Of a stretch of 44,530 nucleotides of DNA, positions 36,095 to 44,530 are shown one piece after another. The translations under genes were made by a program, and so were the position numbers. This DNA is from Octopus bimaculoides (lineage: Eukaryota), in the NCBI RefSeq assembly GCF_001194135.2, contig NC_068989.1, positions 75,380,234 through 75,424,763 on the forward strand, written 5' to 3'. The notes under the pieces were generated by a model. It searched no databases. It had not been told where the DNA came from and was given only the letters and a program-made list of their open reading frames with translations. Every line of letters starts with the position of its first letter. The first letter of the stretch is position 1.

Positions 36095-36317
36095 TTTACT
36101 TGTTTCAGTCATTGGACTGCGACCATGCTGGGGCACTGCCTTGAAAGTTTAGTTAAACAAATCAACTCCAGTACTTATTTGTAAAAAAAAAAAGAAAATG
36201 CCTGGTAGTTATCCTATCACCCTCTTTTATTAAACTACTATGATACAGGGACAAACAAACCAGTACCATTTGTCAAGCGGTGGTGGGGGGTCAAACACAA
36301 AGACAGACAGACACACA

Positions 36318-36349
<32 letters not shown>

Positions 36350-36350
36350 N
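36095..36350 (-). mobile_element. Family-A tail 1 running into a gap
   Basis: ACTTGTTTCAGTCATTGGACTGCGACCATGCTGG...TTGTCAAGCGGTGG. Confidence 0.8.
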
Positions 36351-36548
36351 NNNNNNNNNNNNNNNNNNNNNNNNNNNNNNNNNNNNNNNNNNNNNNNNNN
36401 NNNNNNNNNNNNNNNNNNNNNNNNNNNNNNNNNNNNNNNNNNNNNNNNNNNNNNNNNNNNNNNNNNNNNNNNNNNNNNNNNNNNNNNNNNNNNNNNNNNN
36501 NNNNNNNNNNNNNNNNNNNNNNNNNNNNNNNNNNNNNNNNNNNNNNNN

Positions 36549-36690
36549 CAGGAGGCGACACCAGGCTCCAATCTAATTTGGCAGAGTTTCTACAGCTGGA
36601 TGCCCTTCCTAACGCCAACCACTCCGAGAGTGTAGTGGGTGCTTTTACGTGTCACCTGCACAGGAGCCAGTCCATTGGCACTGGCAACGA
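36549..36690 (-). mobile_element. Family-D fragment
   Basis: CAGCTGGATGCCCTTCCTAACGCCAACC + one internal unit. Confidence 0.85.
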
Positions 36691-36705
36691 TCTCGCTCAA
36701 ATGAC

Positions 36706-36747
<42 letters not shown>

Positions 36748-37160
36748 ACACAAAAGTCTTCCATACAGTTTCCTTCAACCAAATTTGCAATCACATGATT
36801 TCAGGTTCAGTCCCACTGCACAGCATATTTGGCAAGAGTATTCTAGAGTCCCAGAACAACTAATGACATGTGAGTGGATTTGGTTGAAGGAAACTTTGTA
36901 GAAGCCCCAATGGACTTAATCTTTAAGGCTGTGCTCTAGCATGGTCTCAGTCAAAATGACTGAAACAAGTAAAAGAATAGAAGAATTAAAAAAAAACATT
37001 TCTGTGTATGACTTTCCTTTAATCCTGTTAACACCAGTCCAACTGGGACCATCTCTGCTTCTGTGACACAAAGTTTCTTTTATAAAATAATCCTTCCATC
37101 ATTTGATGTAAATTATATAACCTTCCATCAAATTTTCATGTTAATGTTCCTAGCACCAGC

Positions 37161-37726
37161 TTAACCCCTTGACATATAAATCAGCCATAGCCAGCCAAAA
37201 TATTCCTCCAGATATGGCCTCTCACACTCACCCCACATTACCATTGTAAAAATTAACAGTTATCTCATCAAAATCTCAAAGCTACAAGACAATACCTGGT
37301 TAATCCAAAACTATTTGAATAAATAAGTAATACTTTTGAGGAGGTGAAGGCTCATGGCTCAGTGGTTAGAGTGTTGGGCTCACACTCAAGAGGTAGTGTG
37401 TTCGATTCCCGGACCAGGTTGTGTGTTGTGTTCATGAGCAAGACACTTTATTTCATGTTACTCCATTTCACTAAACTGTAGAAATGAGTTGCAACGTCAG
37501 TGGTGCCAAGCTGTATTGGCCCATGCCTTTCCCTTGGATAACATCAGTGGCACGAAGAGGGGAGGCTGGCATGCATGGGCAATTGCTGGTATTCCATAAA
37601 CAAACATACCTAGACTTGTGCCTCGGAGGGTAACTTTCTAAGTGCAATCCCATGGTCATTCATAACCAAAGGGGGTCTTTCTTTACCCTTTACTTTTGAG
37701 GAGAAAAATGTGAATGCTATAAAGTT
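37161..37726. mobile_element. piggyBac-type MITE interrupted by a family-C SINE
   Basis: TTAACCCCTTGACAT start, degenerate GAATGCTATAAAGTTA end, internal similarity to 1657-1881. Confidence 0.6.
37344..37690 (+). mobile_element. Full-length family-C SINE with TSD
   Basis: 13-bp TSD TACTTTTGAGGAG at 37331-37343 and 37691-37703; A box TGGCTCAGTGG; B box GTTCGATTCC. Confidence 0.93.
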
Positions 37727-38226
37727 ATTTTACTGAATTCTTCACTATTTTCAAAATCATTTGAAACCAATATAGTTTTATTTCAACAAAGATAGGGTAA
37801 CAAAAGAGTTAACCTTTATACTTCTTTCAGAAGGTCACACTTTAGTTCTTTTTTAAAGGTCAGGTTCCCTCACATCTGCACTAGAGTGTGATTTGAGGGA
37901 TGGATGAAGGGGGCTGGCTGGCTGGTTGGCTGGTGTTTCTAGCAGAAAGAGCAACTGTATAGAGAGGGCTCTCTCACTGGTTAAACAGGCCGGTCGGCCG
38001 GCCAGCTGGCTGCCTCCGATGCCTCATTGCCAGCATGTGTTCTTGATTGGTGCGTTGATTTTTCTCACATTTTGGACTGAAGTGTTGAATGTTGTAGGCA
38101 TATATGTAAGCCAAGATGAAAACAGTTAAGATTGCAAAGTGCTTTATTATAGGCAATTAAAAGTGAAGTCTTGAATTGCCAGCTCAAATATATGTTCACA
38201 CACACATGTACATGCACACGTGCGCG

Positions 38227-38261
<35 letters not shown>

Positions 38262-39197
38262 TGTAATTTGTTACTTCATTGTTTTTTGCTTTTGCTCTCT
38301 GTTTTTCTTCTTTTCTTTTTTGTGTGTTTGTTAGCTATTTCGGTTCGGTGGGGTTTATACCTTCTTAAACTGCATGTTCTAACATAAAGCCGACACTTTT
38401 CCATTCTTCGCTTCAATGCCATAACCCGCTCTTTCCATACCCATCCACACTGATTTCCTACTCCACTTTTCATTTTTAATGTTTTTATTTTTTGTAATGT
38501 TTTTCTTTTTCATTTTGTCATTCAAGCTTAATTCATGAAATCTGTTTCCAATTTACTTCATGACTGATGCTTCCATTCACAAAATGGTAACTGTTAAGGT
38601 TATAATATATCTTTTCTTTTGAGGAGCATTTTTCCCTTTTTTCTCTCTCTCTCTCTCTCACACACACACATGTACTTATGTGTGTGTGTGTGTGCGTAAT
38701 AACTTGCACTTTCTCTCATGTACATAATTTCATTTTTCCCCCTCATTGTTCCATTCCCCAGACATTTTTGCTTTCTTCCGTTTTTATTGTTTTTTCTCCA
38801 CTTTCTTTCATACATGAACACATGCGTGTGTGCATGTGCACACACATGCACACTTGCACAAACACACAGACGCACACACACACACACAGTCACTTGCAAA
38901 TGTACACAAAGTCTCTCTCTCTCTCTCTCTCTCTCTTCCTTTTATTCACATCTCTCTCTCTTCCTCTTATTCACATATCTCTCTCACTCTGTCTCTCTCT
39001 CTCTCTCACACACACACATAAACACATTCACACACATGTATACACACATAGGTACTCATACAAGTTTATGATGTCCTATTACTTTTATGAACTAATTTTC
39101 CTTCTCACATGTATTAAAAGAAAAGACCAAATATTAATAATAATAGAAAAAAAAAGACTTTATATTATAATCCTGTATATAAAACTCCTGTGCTTGT

Positions 39198-39362
39198 ATA
39201 GGTGCAGAAATGGTTCTGCGATAAGAAGATTACTTCCCAACCGTACAGTTCCGGGTTCAGTCCCACTGCGCGGTACCTTGGGCAAGTGTCTTTTACTATA
39301 GCCTTGAGCCAATCAAAGCCTGTGAGAGGATTTGGTAGATGGAAACTGAAAGAAGCCCATCA
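39198..39362 (+). mobile_element. Family-A head/core
   Basis: GGGTTCAGTCCCACTGCGCGGTACCTTGGGCAAGTGTC. Confidence 0.85.
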
Positions 39363-39379
39363 GGTGTGTATAAAGGATA

Positions 39380-39706
39380 AAGACCCCCTTCGGTCATGAA
39401 TGACCATGGGATTGTACCTTGAAAATCCTCCTAGGCACAAGTCCGGGCAAGGTTGTTTATGGAAGACCAGCAGTCGCCCATGCATACCAGCCTCCTCTCT
39501 CCATGCCACCGATGTTATTTATCCAAGGGAAAAACCAAATGAAGATACAGTTTGGCACCAGTGACATTGCGACTCATTTCTACAGCTGAGTAAGTCGGAG
39601 CAATGTGACATAAAGTGTCTTGCTCAAGAACTCAACACACAGCCCAGTCTGGGAATCAAACTCACTATCTCATGATTGTGAGCCTGACACTCTAACCACT
39701 GAGCCA
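39380..39706 (-). mobile_element. Family-C SINE
   Basis: Collinear with 6156-6492. Confidence 0.9.
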
Positions 39707-39726
39707 TGTGTGTGTGTGTGTGTGTG

Positions 39727-40026
39727 ATCATCATCATCATCATCATCATCATCATTTAATGTCTGCTTTCCATGCTGGCATGGGTTGGGCGGTTTGACTG
39801 AGGGCTGGTGAGCCAGAAGGCTGCCCCAGGCTCCAATCTAATTTGGCAAAGTTTCTACAGCTGAATGCCCTTCCTAACGCCAACCACTCCGAGAGTGTAG
39901 TGGGTGCTTTATATATATATATATCTATATATATATATAAGGGCATCCAGCTGTATAAACCTTGCCAGATCAGATCGGAGCCTGGTGTAGCCTACTGACA
40001 TTAAATGATGATGATGATGATGATGA

Positions 40027-40063
<37 letters not shown>

Positions 40064-40475
40064 CTCGAAACGTGAAATCCTCTTTCTTTTCTTTCCTTTC
40101 CTGAGCGTCCAATAACACAGTACTTGTTCCACGTTATTTTTTCTTGCTTGTTCTTGTTTGGATTGACTATATATATCTTTAGTGCTGGTGCCATGTAAAA
40201 AGCATCTTGTTCACATTGTAAAGTGATTGGCATTTGGAGGGGCATCCGGCTGTAAAAATCATACCAAAACTAACATCACCTGTGCTAGTGCCACATAAAA
40301 AGCACAGAGTCCACTCTGCAGAGTGGTTGGTGTTAGGAAGGGCATCCAGCTGTAAAAACCCTGCCAAAACAGACACAGTAGCCTAAGGTAGTTTTCTACC
40401 TAGCTGGCTCCTGTCAACTGTCCTACCCATGAATGCGTGGAAGACGGATGTTAAATGGTGATGATGATGATGATC
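39727..40475. mobile_element. Cluster: family-D (-, 39727-39910), Penelope-like fragment (40061-40135), diverged family-D (+, 40170-40475)
   Basis: GGAAGGGCATCC-type motifs and (CAT)/(GAT) tails; GCTCGAAACGT...GAGCGTCCAATAACAC shared with 26700-26750. Confidence 0.75.
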
Positions 40476-40710
40476 TGCATGTGTGTGTCTCATTGTGTAT
40501 GTGTTTGTCTGCTAACACTGCTTGACATCCGGTGTTGGTGTGTTTACATCCCTGTAACTTAGAGGTTTGGCAAAAATAAGTACCGGGCTTAAAAGTAAAA
40601 ATACTGGGGTCAATTTGTTGGACTAAGATTCTTCAAAGCATTGCCCCAGTATGGCCGCAGTCAAATGACTGAAACAAGTATAAGAGTAAAAGAGTATATA
40701 TGCATTTTAA

Positions 40711-41100
40711 CACAGGAGTGGCTGTGTGGTAAGTAGCTTGCTTCCTAACCAAATGGTTCTGGGTTCAGTCCCATTGCATGGCATCTTGGGCAAGTGTCTT
40801 TTGCTATAGTCTCGGGCTGACCAAAGTCTTGTAGGTGGATTTGGTAGACAGAAACTGAAAGAAGCCTATTGTAGATATATGTATTTATTTTTGTGTGTGT
40901 GTCTCTATTTGTCCCCTCATCATCGCTTGACAACCGATGTTGGTGTGTTTACGTCCTTGTAACTTAGTGGTTTGGCAAAAGAGACCGATAGAATAAGTAC
41001 TAGGTTTACAAAGAATAAGTCCTGGGTTCGATTTGTTTGACTAAAAGTGGTGCTCCAGCATGGCCACAGTCAATTAACCAAAATAAGTTAAAGAATGAAA
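40711..41100 (+). mobile_element. Full-length family-A SINE
   Basis: Head, core and tail 1 complete. Confidence 0.92.
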
Positions 41101-41127
41101 GAATATATAATGTGTGTGTGTGTGTTA

Positions 41128-41485
41128 TCTTTTTACTTGTTTCAGTCATTGGACTGTGCTCATGCTGGAGCACCCCCTTGAAGAATTTTAGTTGAACAAA
41201 CCAACCTCAGTACTTATTTGTATCAGTTTTATTTTTGCCAAACTGCTAAGTTAAAGGGATGTAAACAAACCAACACTGGTTTTCCATTGGAGAGATTGTG
41301 AGACAAACACGTGCCCCCCCCACCCGACACACGATGGGCTTCCATGCAGTTTCCGTCTGTCAAATTCACTCACAAGGCACTGGTTGTCCTAGAGCTTATA
41401 TAGCAGAAGACACTTGCCCAAGGTGCTGTTTCATGGGACTGAACCTGAAACCATGTGATTGCAAACGGAGCTTCTTAACCACACA
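41128..41485 (-). mobile_element. Family-A SINE, inverted (tail-to-tail) relative to 40711-41100
   Basis: Tail 1 and head both recognisable. Confidence 0.85.
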
Positions 41486-41664
41486 GAAAGAAAATTAAAA
41501 CAAAAACAAACAAACATCTGCAGTTCAACTCCTACTCTTCCCCCTACCCTGGGGGACCCCTCTCCAGGCAAAAAAAACAAGCAAAAAGAAAAAAAAAACA
41601 AAGAAAATAGAAAATTTATTTTTCTAGTAACACACCACTTTAAATCATCTGGTCTTAATTTCTT

Positions 41665-41866
41665 CACACACACATACACAGACGCACACTGAGACACTCA
41701 CACAGAGACACACTCACACACAGATACATGCACACATGCAAACACCTATACACACACACATCACAGACATAGACATTCACACACAGAAACACAGACACTG
41801 TGACACATACACACACTCACACACATATGCGCACATACATGCACATACACAAGCACCCACATGCAT

Positions 41867-41904
<38 letters not shown>

Positions 41905-41930
41905 GCACAGACTCTCACACTCACACACTT

Positions 41931-41962
<32 letters not shown>
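41665..41962. repeat. Degenerate (CA)n tract
   Basis: Direct reading. Confidence 0.93.
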
Positions 41963-41963
<1 letters not shown>

Positions 41964-42699
41964 AGACAGAGTGCTCTTTTTAATCCTTTAAACACAGTCT
42001 AGAATTACCAATAGGGTTTCTAACTTTTACAAACCTTATGTGTGTTATTTTAGGAAGATTATTTCGTATTTTTCTTCATGTGTGTGTCTGGAGGGTGCTT
42101 TATAACTTTTTAAAAGTATTGTGCTGTATGTGTGGGGAACCATCAAGCCAGTCCCAAATTGCTTTTACTTTGAGTGGGAGAATGGGATAGGGTAAAATGT
42201 GTGTGTGTGTGTGTGTGGTGGTTTGGTAGTCACATACTTTTGCCACGTAGTGTAGTTGATTTTAGTGTATGTGTGTGATCTTTTGAAATGGTTTTTATTT
42301 ACTTTTCTGGGTCAATGTCTGGTTTAGTCTTGAAGGGAAATCTTTCAACTAACTAATGAATTAACAAACTAACTTACTAGCTAACTAGCTAAGCTAGCCG
42401 GCTTTGACATTGAAGCAAGGAATTCTTTAGTTTTAGGAATTTCAAGTTTACACGTCTGAAGTTTCTCTTGATCTGCAGAGTCTTTCATCTTGCTGGGAGT
42501 TTTGAAAGTGAATACAGCTTTGGAGCAGACTGGCCAGTGTGTGGTCTTTGTAGTAGTTGGGTCTTTTTCCTGCTTTTAGAAAAAGAAAAAATTCAAGAAA
42601 AGTAATTCTGCTTTAGAAAGATGGGCAGTGTTTGCTAGTAATTCTTTTGGAAGGCTTCTAAGGTTGATGAAGAAAATAAAGGAACCACAGTCACTGTTT

Positions 42700-42815
42700 T
42701 GTCAGCAGTGCATCAGGATATTGAATTACACAGACTGGACGAAGGACATGCTTGATGGAACTGAAGTAAGCATGCTCCACTGGGTGTGTAATGTTAATCG
42801 TCATTCACATGTTTT
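42700..42815 (+). pseudogene. Possible RTE ORF C-terminal remnant
   Basis: WTKDMLDGTEVSMLHWVCNV resembles the RTE ...LE..E..MLRWMC.V motif. Confidence 0.35.
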
Positions 42816-42917
42816 TATTCAAATGCATTACATACCTGTAATGTTGGTATGGGCAAGTGCAGGTGTGGCTGCGTGGTAAAATGGTAAGAAATTTGCTTTC
42901 CAAACACATTGGTTTAG

Positions 42918-43098
42918 ATACAGTTCTATATTTAAGAGATGAGGAATTCTGTACATTATGTACATTATTTACATTTGACGGATATTTGTCCTCATCTTGT
43001 TTGTTGTTAACACGTTTTGGCTGATATACCCTCCAGCCTTCTTCAGGTGTCTTGAGGAAATTTCAAACCTGGGTTCTCATTCCTAAGGTATTTTTCAA

Positions 43099-43135
<37 letters not shown>

Positions 43136-43429
43136 GTTCAGGTCACTGCTTGGAATCGAATTCGGAATCTTGGGGTTAGTAGCCCGTGCTCTTAACCACT
43201 ACGCCATATGCCTGTGGGCTGAACAATAGCAATAATAATAAGCAGTGACCTGAACAATGATAATAATAATAATAATAACAACAACAACATCGAAAAATAC
43301 CTTAGGAATGAGAACCCAGGTTCGAAATTTCCCCAAGACACCTGAAGAAGGCTGGAGAGTATATCAGCGGAAACGTTGTGTTAACAACAAACAAGATGAG
43401 GACAAATATCCGTCGAATGTAAATAATGT
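42918..43429 (-). mobile_element. tRNA-headed, hammerhead-bearing element with an inverted 5'-truncated copy (candidate Penelope-dependent SINE)
   Basis: 12-bp TSD ACATTGGTTTAG (42906-42917, 43430-43441); A box at 43196-43206 and B-box-like at 43152-43162 on the minus strand; inverted arms 42959-43151 and 43240-43432. Confidence 0.8.
43337..43382 (+). ncRNA. Type I minimal hammerhead ribozyme (Penelope-type)
   Basis: GACAC-CTGAAGA-A-GGCTG-(loop)-CAGCG-GAAA-CG-TT-GTGTT: stem I 5 bp, canonical CUGANGA and GAAA, palindromic AACGTT; last stem II base is G here but C in the sister copy (43009-43052, minus). Confidence 0.7.
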
Positions 43430-44049
43430 ACATTGGTTTAGGTTCAGTCCCACTGCATGGCACCTTGGGCAAGTATCTTGTACTGTAGCTGTTGGTCAAC
43501 CTAAAACTTGTGAGTGGATTTGGTTGGCAGAAACTGACAGAAGCATGTCATATGTGCACACACACACACACACACACGCGTGTATGTATGTTATTATCGT
43601 TTTGCCTTGATATTGCATGGTTATTGTAAACAAGTGTCACTGCCATGCAAGCAGTGGGTCTTCGTTTCCAGTTTTCTGTGAAAATATCTCTGGTCATGGG
43701 GAAATCTCACCTTACTTGGAAACAGGTGATGGTTGGTGACAGGAAAGGCATCCAGCCGTAGAAAATCCACATCCACAAATTTCTCTCCGGAAACGTGGAT
43801 ATTAAAATGACGACAATGATGAAGATAAATGATGACAGATGAGATGAAGAAAGAAATGTCAAGAGATCTAAATTGACGAACCTTTGGAAGGGAAAAAAAT
43901 CTGAGGAAGACATAAGCAAAAGTGGTAAAAGCTGATCTGAGGAACAAAAGAGGAACAAAGGAATACATGTGATGGAATGTTGTATTGGAAAAGATCCATC
44001 CAACACATGCAAGCATAGAAAAACAGATGTAAAACATGATGATGATAAG

Positions 44050-44500
44050 AGGCATGGCTGAGTGGTTAAGTAGTTTGTTTCCCAACCATGTGGTCTCTGG
44101 TTCAGTTCCGTTGCATGACACCTTGGGCAATTGTCTTCTGTTATAGCTCTGGACTGTCCAGAGCTTTGTGCTTTGATTTAGTAGACAAAAACTGAAAGTA
44201 GTCAATGGTGTGTGTGTGTGTATGTGTTCGTGCGTGTGTGGGGGTGTACGTGCCTCCTCATCTTGACAGTACATGATAGTTGTAAATGAGTGTCACTGTC
44301 ATATAAGTGGTGTCGTCCCTTTCGAATCTTCCATGGAAACATATCCAAGCAACGGGAAAAATTATCTTGCTTGGAAATGTGAGGGTTAGTGACAGAAAGA
44401 ACATCCAGCCATAAAAAAAAAATCCACTTCAGTGAATTCAATCTGACCCTTGCAAGCATAGAACAGCTGAGCATTAAAATGATGATGATGATGATGATGA
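44050..44500 (+). mobile_element. Family-A SINE with RTE-type tail 2
   Basis: GGCATGGCTGAGTGG head, CORE-like, (TG)n, CTTGCAAGCATAGAA, (GAT)n tail. Confidence 0.85.
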
Positions 44501-44530
44501 TATAGCTGCTTATCCAAGACAATGTCATCT

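Larger units (their letters stand above)
42858..43830 (+). mobile_element. Family-A SINE with tail 2, split by the 42918-43429 insert
   Basis: Head GTGCAGGTGTGGCTGCGTGG...CCAAACACATTGGTTTAG resumes as GTTCAGTCCCACTGC at 43442. Confidence 0.85.

Noticed and set aside
42470-42610. Microexon candidates (ESFILLGVLK; KEKIQE); similar ones at 14489, 20513, 23391 and 34411
   Set aside because: Weak donors or non-symmetric lengths; such AG...GT pairs are expected by chance in AT-rich DNA.
43140-43219. Functional tRNA gene (also the heads of families A, B, C, M)
   Set aside because: Acceptor and anticodon stems pair poorly, and each head runs into a SINE body.
43621-44274. 217-aa ORF
   Set aside because: Built from antisense family-A SINE sequence at both ends.

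Overview
AT-rich, repeat-dominated eukaryotic DNA with nine N-gaps (4,328 bp, about 10%). The SINE families resemble those I recall from Octopus; this is from memory and needs BLAST. No protein-coding gene can be called. The listed ORFs are microsatellite, gap or SINE read-through, and only a few low-confidence short exon candidates remain, so the window is probably intronic or intergenic. Content: four tRNA-headed SINE families (my labels A, B, C, M), RTE-LINE 3' ends with an internal ~65-70-bp tandem unit (label D), CR1 and Tx1/L1 remnants, piggyBac-type (TTAA) and hAT-type (8-bp TSD) MITEs, a 19-20-bp minisatellite and many microsatellites. The main find is a set of short non-autonomous elements with Penelope-style minimal hammerhead ribozyme folds. 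(i) At 42918-43429, a tRNA/Pol III-headed element with a hammerhead and an inverted 5'-truncated copy sits between 12-bp direct repeats inside another SINE, i.e. a candidate Penelope-mobilised SINE. (ii) At 35103-35316, a hammerhead fold has the compensatory G3:C8 core swap (GUGAACA instead of CUGANGA). (iii) At 26683-26709, a third, degenerate hammerhead-like family is present. Ribozyme activity, family names and novelty are inferences that need testing.
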